Below are positions 38,177 through 46,055 of a stretch of 64,000 nucleotides of DNA, one piece after another. Origin of the DNA: Alkalispirochaeta sp. (GTDB taxonomy: Bacteria > Spirochaetota > Spirochaetia > DSM-27196 > Alkalispirochaetaceae); assembly GCA_965601925.1 (NCBI GenBank), contig OZ271854.1, positions 2,368,001 to 2,432,000 on the forward strand, written 5' to 3'. The notes under the pieces are model-generated. The model made no database searches. It was not told the DNA's origin and saw only the letters and a list, made by a program, of their open reading frames with translations. The position numbers and the translations under genes are program-made. Numbering within the stretch: position 1 is the stretch's first letter; each line of letters begins with the position of its first letter.

Positions 38177-39216
38177 TGCGGTTGGGCGAGATGCCGGCGG
38201 CTCTGATCGTCGCCGGTGCACTGCTGGTCTCCTCGACCGTCGGCGCCCAAATGCGCCAGGCCGTCACGGTCGACGCCGGCGCCACCGGAGTGCTCCCGTT
38301 GGAGTCCGAAGCGACGATCGCATCGTTTGCGGCGGCCGAGCTCGATCTGCGTTCGGCGCCCGACCCGCACGTTCGCGGTCGACTGCAACTGCGCGCCACC
38401 GCGCTCGATCCGGCCGAGGACGCCGACGGCGAGGACGTGTTGCTTGAGTTATTGCGCGCGTCAGCGAGTGTGCGCTTGCCGGTCGGCGGGCGAAACTTGA
38501 CGCTTACCGCCGGGCGTGCGCGGCTGACGTGGGGTGACGGCCAGGTGTTTAACGCCGGCGACACCATCAACGGCGCGCGTGCGGCAACGTTGGACCTCAC
38601 CGACGAGACGCTGCGAGACGAAACGGTGTGGCTGGCCGCCGCACGATTGCCGCTTGGCCGGTTCTCGTTTCTCGAGGCCGTTGCGTTGCCGAGCGTGTCG
38701 TCCGGCGCGTGGTGGGAGCAAACCGCCGGCGGGCGCATCCAGGGACAGATCGCCGGTGTCAAGAGTGAGCTGTCCTACCTGCAGCGCGGCGCCGATGAGG
38801 CGGCCGACGTTGCGCTCAGCCTGCAAGGGAACATCGTTATCGACGTGTACACGGCAACGAGCGCGACCATGATGCATAGCGAGGTTGACTGGGTCTCGAG
38901 CGTGGGGGTCTACCACCTGGGGACCGTCGGCCGGGGCGACTGGAGCATCCGCATCGAGGGCTTGGTCGACTGGCAGGAAGAAGACGTCTTGCTCTACCCC
39001 GAGCTCACCTGGTCGCCCAGCCCGCTGTTCACCGTCTTCGGTCGATCCGAGATCTTGCCGGACGGCAATGAGAGTCGCTCCGGCCTCGGTGTACGCTGGG
39101 ATCCCGCGACCGGTATGACGCTTTCGCTCGTTGTCGAGAACGCAACCGCCGGTGCCGGCGGCGCCCCGGTCGAAGGTCAGTTCGCGGTTACTACCTCGAT
39201 ACGCTACGTGTTTTAA
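38170..39216 (+). CDS. putative outer-membrane beta-barrel protein
   Basis: Signal peptide, GR....WG.G..FN..D motif, C-terminal IRYVF; start uncertain (38170, 38176 or 38191). Confidence 0.65.
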   Translation: MVVRLGEMPAALIVAGALLVSSTVGAQMRQAVTVDAGATGVLPLESEATIASFAAAELDLRSAPDPHVRGRLQLRATALDPAEDADGEDVLLELLRASASVRLPVGGRNLTLTAGRARLTWGDGQVFNAGDTINGARAATLDLTDETLRDETVWLAAARLPLGRFSFLEAVALPSVSSGAWWEQTAGGRIQGQIAGVKSELSYLQRGADEAADVALSLQGNIVIDVYTATSATMMHSEVDWVSSVGVYHLGTVGRGDWSIRIEGLVDWQEEDVLLYPELTWSPSPLFTVFGRSEILPDGNESRSGLGVRWDPATGMTLSLVVENATAGAGGAPVEGQFAVTTSIRYVF

Positions 39217-39425
39217 CGTCCGGCCGCGCGATCCACCGCGGATCGCGCGGCGCATCGACGCCGTCTCCATGGCATCGACGGGTTGATCCGGCCGGTGTTG
39301 TAGATTTCATCGACTCGTTCGGGGAGTTCGGGAGACTTCTCGGGCGATGAGCGTTCAAAATCATGTTTGGCGAAGAACATCAGCGCCTGTAGTTCCAACT
39401 GCTCATTTGTCCCTCCGCTACCCAT
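39213..39425 (-). pseudogene. internally deleted copy of the tetR gene at 31705-32343
   Basis: MGSGGTNEQLELQALMFFAKHDFERSS / PELPERVDEIY / AVDRA match three separated parts of the intact TetR; HTH core deleted. Confidence 0.85.
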
Positions 39426-39451
39426 AAAACCTATTTCTGGTCTCCTTATAG

Positions 39452-39466
39452 TACCTACGGTAGGTA
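39452..39466. promoter_or_regulatory. TetR operator copy upstream of the tetR pseudogene
   Basis: TACCTACGGTAGGTA palindrome. Confidence 0.65.
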
Positions 39467-39494
39467 TGTTTTTTGAGAACGCTTCAAGTGTTTC

Positions 39495-40193
39495 TCACCA
39501 AACTCCGGGAAAGAGACGGTAGCGTACCTGTCGGCTGTACTCCCGATATCCGTACAGCTCCGATCGGAGGGTCCTGTCCTCCAAGGCGGTGCGCGTTACG
39601 ATCGCCACGACGAAGAGGCCCGTACAGATCAACGCCCACAGAGAACCGAGGAGAACCGGAGTGGCGATATTGGCGAGAACGGCGCTGGAGTAGCCGGGGT
39701 GACGCACCCAGCGATACGGTCCGTCGCTTATCACCTCGTGGCCGCGCTCATCCTGAATTCGTACCGTTCCGGAAAAGAACCTGTTGACGATGACCGCCCG
39801 GTTTGCGACTAAGATTCCGAAGACTAATACGATAAAGGCGGCGACTTTCCACCTCACATCGTAGGGAGCGGTCCAATCCAGACGCACATCCAGCCCGGCC
39901 ACGACGACCGTCGCGACAGGGAGAACGACACCCACGAGGGGCATCAGCACGCGATCCCACCGCTTGACGTTCTCTTTTTTGAAGGAGTGCGCCCGCTCGA
40001 TGATGAGTTCCGGATTTCTACGCATCACATCAGCACGGCCTCCGAAGGTCAGGCCGGCGACGGTGATGAGGTAGACCCATCCACTCCACCACCTCCACGT
40101 CCCGGCGGCGACGAACAACGCGCAGCCCACCACAAGAAACATCAGCAGAAAGCGAACGATGAAGATTCTCCACGTAATTGCATTCCGTTCCAT
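39495..40193 (-). CDS. isoprenylcysteine carboxylmethyltransferase (ICMT/PEMT) family membrane methyltransferase
   Basis: N.FFS..VRIQ.ERGH.VI..GPY..VRHPGY, ED..L..EL.GY.EY and YRL.PG.W motifs; ATG at 40193 after GGGAG. Confidence 0.9.
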   Translation of the reverse strand: MERNAITWRIFIVRFLLMFLVVGCALFVAAGTWRWWSGWVYLITVAGLTFGGRADVMRRNPELIIERAHSFKKENVKRWDRVLMPLVGVVLPVATVVVAGLDVRLDWTAPYDVRWKVAAFIVLVFGILVANRAVIVNRFFSGTVRIQDERGHEVISDGPYRWVRHPGYSSAVLANIATPVLLGSLWALICTGLFVVAIVTRTALEDRTLRSELYGYREYSRQVRYRLFPGVW

Positions 40194-40285
40194 ACTCCCT
40201 CTCCTCGGGTAAGAGTTTCGCGACACCGGACCTCCTTCCGCATAACTTCCGGCAAGAACGTTGAACGCGCGGCGTGAAGGTAAAA

Positions 40286-40318
40286 ACCTACTGTAGGTAT
40301 GTTTTTGAGTCTTGTCAA
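40286..40318 (-). promoter_or_regulatory. ICMT-gene promoter with a TetR operator over the -10
   Basis: TTGACA (40313-18), 17 bp, TACAGT (40290-95) inside ACCTACTGTAGGT (40286-98). Confidence 0.75.
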
Positions 40319-40532
40319 GAATCGGGAGCCGGCGCCTATGAGGCATCGTCGAGACGAGATACAAGCGCGCATCTCGCGGTTCGGCTCGAACCGGGTGCGA
40401 CGGTGTATCGGGATCGATTTTTGCTTTCGCTATTCAAATATCGGTTATACACTATCTATATCCGCGTATCGATTCATCATTTGCGTGCCACTTGACCGGC
40501 GGAGAGACACTTCGTGATGAGAGGGGGCACTC

Positions 40533-41036
40533 ATGACGGCAGGTACTCACCAGGGCAGCGACGAGGTTTCTTCGACGACGGTCGATGCGATTATCGAGCG
40601 GCACGGTATCGGAGAGGGTGCGCTCATTCCCATTCTCCAGGAGCTGCAGGAGCGTTGCGGCTATCTTCCTACACCGCTTTTGCACCATGTCGCCGACCGT
40701 CTCGGTATTCCCTACAGCGTTCTCGCCGGGGTAGTGAGCTTCTACTCATTCTTTTCCACTACTCCACGGGGAAAGCACACCGTGCGCGCGTGCCTCGGAA
40801 CGGCATGTTACGTCCGCGGCGGACGGGAGCTTCTCGACTCCTTGCGTAAACGTCTCGCAATCGAGGTCGGAGAGACGACCTCCGATCGGCAATTTTCGCT
40901 CGAGGTAGGACGCTGTTTCGGCGCGTGCGGGCTGGCACCCGTCGTCGTGATCGGGGAGGACGTACACCAGCGCGTAAAACCGGCGCGCGTCAACGACCTG
41001 CTCGCACGGTATCGGGAGGTCGAAGATGTGTGTTGA
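40533..41036 (+). CDS. hydC: [FeFe]-hydrogenase NuoE-like [2Fe-2S] subunit
   Basis: LQ..Q...GYLP, SFYS.F, CLGTACYVRG and CFGACGLAP motifs. Confidence 0.92.
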   Translation: MTAGTHQGSDEVSSTTVDAIIERHGIGEGALIPILQELQERCGYLPTPLLHHVADRLGIPYSVLAGVVSFYSFFSTTPRGKHTVRACLGTACYVRGGRELLDSLRKRLAIEVGETTSDRQFSLEVGRCFGACGLAPVVVIGEDVHQRVKPARVNDLLARYREVEDVC

Positions 41037-44000
41037 CGCCATTACCTGCCCCGCCGATCTCGCGGCGCTGCGGGATCGCCGACGATTGGTGATCTCATCG
41101 GCGACGCGGCGAATCTACCTCTGTTGCGGGGGGAGCTGCGTCTCTTCCGGGAGCGAGGCCGTTCGTAGTTCATTAGAGGCGGCCTTGTCGGAAACGGAAC
41201 TCGACGTAGAAGTTGTCGAGACCGGCTGTATGGGACCGTGCGTCGCCGGGCCCCTGGTGAGAGTTGAGCCCGACGGAGTGCTCTACAGAAATCTTATGCC
41301 CAAGGATGCCGCCGCGCTGGTACACGGCCATCTCGACGGCGGGGAGGTGCAACAAGAGCGTCTGTTTGTGACCGCGACGGGGGAGCCGGCGGTAGCCATT
41401 GCGGACATCCCCTTCTACCGAGGACAGACCAAAGTGGTGCTCCGCAACTGCGGGCTCATAGATCCGTTGCGTATCGACGATTACATCGCCGTCGACGGCT
41501 ATCAGGGCCTCGCGGCGACACTCTTCGAGTTGAAGCCCGTTGAAGTGATCGACGCTCTCGAACGTTCCGGCCTGAAAGGGCGCGGCGGCGCCGGGTTTCC
41601 GACCTATCTCAAGTGGCGTCTGACCGCCGAGGCGACGGAAGACGAGAAGTTCGTGCTGTGTAACGCCGACGAAGGTGATCCCGGTGCATTTATGGATCGT
41701 AGCCTGCTTGAAGGAGATCCGCACGGCATCATCGAGGGTATGGCCATCGCGGCGTACGCGGTTGGAGCGCGTCGCGGGTACGTGTACGTGCGGGCTGAGT
41801 ACCCCCTTGCGGTAGAGCGGTTGAGCCGAGCGATCCTCGCCGCCGAGGAGGCGGGACTCCTCGGCGAGTCGATCATGGGGACCGATTTCTCATTCCGCCT
41901 CGCGATCCGGCGCGGATCGGGCGCCTTCGTCTGCGGCGAGGAGACCGCCCTCATTCACTCGATCGAAGGGAAGCGGGGCGAGCCGCGACCACGTCCGCCG
42001 TTCCCCGCCAAGAGCGGACTGTGGGGAAAACCGACACTCCTCAATAACGTCGAGACGTATGCCGGCGTTCCCTTCATCTTCAACAAGAGTCCCGAGGAGT
42101 ATCGCGCCTTGGGGACCGAAGAGAGCAAGGGTACCAAGGTGTTTGCCCTGGCCGGTGCGGTGGAGAGTACCGGTCTGGTGGAGGTGCCTATCGGAACGAC
42201 TCTCGGTGAGTTGGTCTACGATATCGGCGGCGGCATCAAAGGCGGCAAGCAGTTTAAGGCCGCGCAGATCGGCGGTCCCTCGGGAGGATGCGTCCCGAAG
42301 GAGCATCTTAACGTACCGATGGACTACCAGAGCCTGCGGGAACTCGGCGCCATCATGGGCTCCGGCGGACTCATCGTTATGGACGACGATACGTGTATGG
42401 TCGACGTCGCCCGGTTTTTTCTCGAGTTTGTCCAGGAGGAGTCGTGCGGCAAGTGCGCGCCGTGTCGCGTCGGCACCAAACGGATGCTCGAGATATTGAA
42501 TCGGATATGCAAGGGCGAAGGCGAGCTTGCCGATATCGATCGGCTGGAAGAGTTGGGGCGCGAGATTTCCGATACGGCGCTCTGCGGCCTCGGTCAAACC
42601 GCTCCCAATCCGGTGCTTTCCACGCTGCGCCACTTCCGCGGCGAGTATGAAGAGCATATCCGCGACCACCACTGCGAAGCCGGCGTCTGTTCCGACCTCG
42701 TCCGCGCCCCGTGCCAGTCGGCGTGTCCCGCCGGTGTAGACGTTCCCGGCTTCGTAAGCCTTGTCGGCGAGAGTCGCTACGCCGAAGCGTTGCGCTTACA
42801 TCGCGAGCGTAACCCCTTTGCCGCAGTCTGCGCGCGGGTCTGCTTTCATACCTGTGAGGAGAAGTGCCGTCGAGCGAGCCTCGATGATGCGGTGAGTATT
42901 CGCGCGATCAAGCGCTTCATGGTCGACCAGGAGATCGTCGTTCAGCTTCCCGAGGTGCGGGAAAACGCGGAGAACCGACGGAAACGTATCGCGATCGTCG
43001 GTGCGGGCCCGGCCGGGCTCTCCTGCGGTTACTTCCTCGCTCGGTTGGGTTATCGACCCCTCGTACTCGAGGCGCTGCCCCGTCCCGGCGGTATGCTCGT
43101 GCAGGCTATTCCCGAGTACCGTCTCCCCCGGGAAACATTGGCGCGGGAAATTCGCATGATCGAGCGTCTGGGCGTGGAAATCCGAACCGGAGCGCGCCTC
43201 GGTGCCGACTTTACCCTTCGCGATCTCCGGGACGACGGCTTCGAGGCGGTTTTTCTCGCCCTTGGTGCCGCTGATGCCGTTGGTCTGGACGTGCCGGGCG
43301 CCGCCGGCCCGGGCCTCGTTGAGGCGGGGGAGTTTCTCAAGATGTACAACGTACGCGGATCGGCGCCCGTGGGCGACGCGGTCGTCGTCGTCGGCGGCGG
43401 AAATGCCGCGGTGGATGCGGCCCGTACCGCGGTCCGTCTCGGAGCTGAGGTGACGATCGTCTATCGTCGCACTCGTGACGAGATGCCGGCCTACACCGAG
43501 GAGGTCGATGAGGCGCTCCAGGAAGGAGTGGAGCTATTGGTTCTCACCCAACCGGAGGAGGTGCTTCGCGACGGAAACAGAATCGTCGGCCTACGATGCC
43601 GTCCTCTCTCCTTGGGAGAGTTCGACCGCTCCGGGCGTCGTCGCCCGCGGTTGGGCGGCGGGCCCCTCTTCGAGATCCCGGCGGACCAGATAATCACCGC
43701 TATCGGACAGCGACTCGACGCCTCCGTACTCGGAGAGAGCCCTCTGATCGAACGTAACGAGCGCGGCTTTCTCAATGTGGATCCGGTCACCGCCGCCACC
43801 TCCGTTCCGTGGATATTTTCCGGTGGCGACGCCGCCACCGGCCCGGCATCCGTCGTCGAGGCGATCGCCGCAGGCGAGCGGGCGGCGTGCGGTATCGATC
43901 GCTCGTTTACCGGCGAGGACCACGCGTTCTGGCGTACGGAACGGCTTGTCGACACCGCCTTTGATCCCGATGCGGAGCCGGCCGCCTACCCGCGGGAGCG

Positions 44001-44148
44001 GATGGAGACGGTCCCGGTCGAGCGGCGCCGACACAACTTCTGTGAGGTCGAGCTCCCGTGGAGCGAGGCGGTTGCGATACGGCAGGCGCGCCGGTGCCTC
44101 CGGTGCGACTACCGGGCGTGCGGCGCGAGGGAGGCGCATCATGCTTGA
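41026..44148 (+). CDS. hydB: [FeFe]-hydrogenase NuoF-like flavoprotein subunit fused to a GltD/NfnB-like FAD domain
   Basis: N-terminal thioredoxin-like 2Fe-2S (CCGGSC, GCMGPC); GRGGAGFP, NADEGDPG, CGEET, ESCGKCAPCR and LCGLG; then APCQSACP, CARVC...CE..C, GAGPAG, GGGNAA.D, YRR and RCLRC. Confidence 0.9.
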   Translation: MCVDAITCPADLAALRDRRRLVISSATRRIYLCCGGSCVSSGSEAVRSSLEAALSETELDVEVVETGCMGPCVAGPLVRVEPDGVLYRNLMPKDAAALVHGHLDGGEVQQERLFVTATGEPAVAIADIPFYRGQTKVVLRNCGLIDPLRIDDYIAVDGYQGLAATLFELKPVEVIDALERSGLKGRGGAGFPTYLKWRLTAEATEDEKFVLCNADEGDPGAFMDRSLLEGDPHGIIEGMAIAAYAVGARRGYVYVRAEYPLAVERLSRAILAAEEAGLLGESIMGTDFSFRLAIRRGSGAFVCGEETALIHSIEGKRGEPRPRPPFPAKSGLWGKPTLLNNVETYAGVPFIFNKSPEEYRALGTEESKGTKVFALAGAVESTGLVEVPIGTTLGELVYDIGGGIKGGKQFKAAQIGGPSGGCVPKEHLNVPMDYQSLRELGAIMGSGGLIVMDDDTCMVDVARFFLEFVQEESCGKCAPCRVGTKRMLEILNRICKGEGELADIDRLEELGREISDTALCGLGQTAPNPVLSTLRHFRGEYEEHIRDHHCEAGVCSDLVRAPCQSACPAGVDVPGFVSLVGESRYAEALRLHRERNPFAAVCARVCFHTCEEKCRRASLDDAVSIRAIKRFMVDQEIVVQLPEVRENAENRRKRIAIVGAGPAGLSCGYFLARLGYRPLVLEALPRPGGMLVQAIPEYRLPRETLAREIRMIERLGVEIRTGARLGADFTLRDLRDDGFEAVFLALGAADAVGLDVPGAAGPGLVEAGEFLKMYNVRGSAPVGDAVVVVGGGNAAVDAARTAVRLGAEVTIVYRRTRDEMPAYTEEVDEALQEGVELLVLTQPEEVLRDGNRIVGLRCRPLSLGEFDRSGRRRPRLGGGPLFEIPADQIITAIGQRLDASVLGESPLIERNERGFLNVDPVTAATSVPWIFSGGDAATGPASVVEAIAAGERAACGIDRSFTGEDHAFWRTERLVDTAFDPDAEPAAYPRERMETVPVERRRHNFCEVELPWSEAVAIRQARRCLRCDYRACGAREAHHA

Positions 44149-45955
44149 AGTCACGATGAACGGAAGAACCGTACGAGCGCCGGAGGGGCGGACGATTCTC
44201 GAGGTCGCGCGAGACGCGGGTGTGCACATACCGACGCTCTGCAATATGGAAGGATTTCCGGCCCAGGGAGCGTGTCGGGTTTGCGTCGTCGAGGTCGAGG
44301 GCGCCCCGAGGTTGGCGGCGGCGTGCGCCACGCCGGTACGCGACGGGATGGTCATTCGCACCAACTCGCAGCGAGCACGGCGTGGACGCCGGAGCGTCGT
44401 GGAGCTCCTATTAAGCGAGCATACCGGAGACTGCCAGACGTGCGACCGCGGCGACGACTGCGAGCTGAAAGACCTGGCCCACGATCTTGGTGTGCGGGAG
44501 CTTGCGTACCGCGGCGAAAAGGCGCCCGTACGAATGGACTGCAGCACCGAGGCGCTCATGAGAGACAGCGGTAAGTGTATAAAGTGTCGCCGCTGCGTCA
44601 CGGCCTGTAATGCGATCCAGGCCGTCGGTGCCCTGTGGCCTCAGGGACGGGGATACGAGACGACGATAGGCCCCGCCTTCGGCGGCGATCTGTCCGAGGT
44701 CGCGTGCGTACAGTGCGGCCAGTGCGCGGCGGTCTGTCCCGTCGGCGCAATTACGGAAACGCGTCACGTCGACGGTGTGTGGAACGCCCTCGACGACCCT
44801 GAGCGTATCGTCGTTGTACAGACGGCGCCTGCGATTCGCTCAGCCTTGGGCGAGTTGTTTGGGCTACCCCCGGGAACTCTGGTAACCGGTAAGATGGTGA
44901 CCGCGCTGCGTCAGCTCGGCTTTGACAAAGTCTTCGATACCAACTTCACCGCCGACCTCACGATAATCGAGGAGGGGAACGAACTGTTGAGTCGTCTGGA
45001 GGCCGTCTTGGTCCGAGGCGAGACGGCGGCGCTCCCGCAGTTCACCAGCTGTTCTCCGGGATGGATCAACTTCACCGAGGAGTTTTACCCACAGTTCATT
45101 CCCAACCTCTCTAGTTGTAAGAGCCCTCAGCAGATGTTCGGTGCCCTGGCCAAGACGTATTACGCCGATATGCTCGGCATTCCGGCCGAAAAGATGACCG
45201 TCGTATCGGTCATGCCGTGTACGGCGAAGAAGTTTGAAGCGGCGCGGAGCGAGATGAACGACAGTGGTGTACGGGACGTCGACTACGTCTTGACGACCCG
45301 AGAGCTGGGACAAATGATCACCGAGAGCGGGCTGGACTTTCTCTCGCTATCGGACGGGGAGATGGACGCTCCGTTGGGTCTCTCATCCGGTGCCGCGGAT
45401 ATCTTTGCCAATACCGGCGGCGTGATGGAGGCGGCGCTGCGAACGGTGTGGGAAGTCGCGACCGGGACGCCGCTTCCGGCGGACAATCTCCACATCACGC
45501 CCCTGGCGGGCCTGGAAGGTGTGAAGGAGGCGCGCCTTACGGTCAGCGGCGCCGTGGATACGTGGGCCTTTTTGGAGGGCGTAACGCTCAGCGTGGCGGT
45601 CGCCCACGGTCTCGGAAATGCCGCGAAGCTCCTCGAATCGATCGCATCGGGAGAGAGAACGTATCACTTTGTCGAGATCATGACCTGTCCCGGCGGGTGC
45701 ATCGGCGGCGGTGGCCAGCCGCGCTTTACCGATAACGACGTCCGGACGGCGCGCATCGAGGCCATTTACCGGGAGGACGAGGGCAAGACGATTCGCGCCA
45801 GCCACCACAACCCCGCCGTTAGCGAGCTATACAAGCGCTTCCTCGGTGTGCCGCTGGGAGAGCGCTCACACCACCTTCTGCACACGCACTACGTTCCGCG
45901 GCAACGGGACGAATCGAGGGCCCAAACCGCTGCGGGCCCTTCGGTTGAGCGGTAG
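44141..45955 (+). CDS. hydA: [FeFe]-hydrogenase catalytic subunit, group A
   Basis: IPTLC/GACRVC, H...C..C.....C, two 4Fe-4S motifs; H-cluster motifs TSCSPGW, MPCTAKK.E and EIMTCPGGCIGGGGQP; ATG at 44141. Confidence 0.95.
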   Translation: MLEVTMNGRTVRAPEGRTILEVARDAGVHIPTLCNMEGFPAQGACRVCVVEVEGAPRLAAACATPVRDGMVIRTNSQRARRGRRSVVELLLSEHTGDCQTCDRGDDCELKDLAHDLGVRELAYRGEKAPVRMDCSTEALMRDSGKCIKCRRCVTACNAIQAVGALWPQGRGYETTIGPAFGGDLSEVACVQCGQCAAVCPVGAITETRHVDGVWNALDDPERIVVVQTAPAIRSALGELFGLPPGTLVTGKMVTALRQLGFDKVFDTNFTADLTIIEEGNELLSRLEAVLVRGETAALPQFTSCSPGWINFTEEFYPQFIPNLSSCKSPQQMFGALAKTYYADMLGIPAEKMTVVSVMPCTAKKFEAARSEMNDSGVRDVDYVLTTRELGQMITESGLDFLSLSDGEMDAPLGLSSGAADIFANTGGVMEAALRTVWEVATGTPLPADNLHITPLAGLEGVKEARLTVSGAVDTWAFLEGVTLSVAVAHGLGNAAKLLESIASGERTYHFVEIMTCPGGCIGGGGQPRFTDNDVRTARIEAIYREDEGKTIRASHHNPAVSELYKRFLGVPLGERSHHLLHTHYVPRQRDESRAQTAAGPSVER

Positions 45956-46055
45956 GAGGACGCATCGAAGCCTGCAGCATTCGCGGCGGACGCCCGACGG
46001 CGATGCCGGTGACGCGCGAAGAAATCGTGGGCGGCACGCCGTATCGGGAGTCCGC

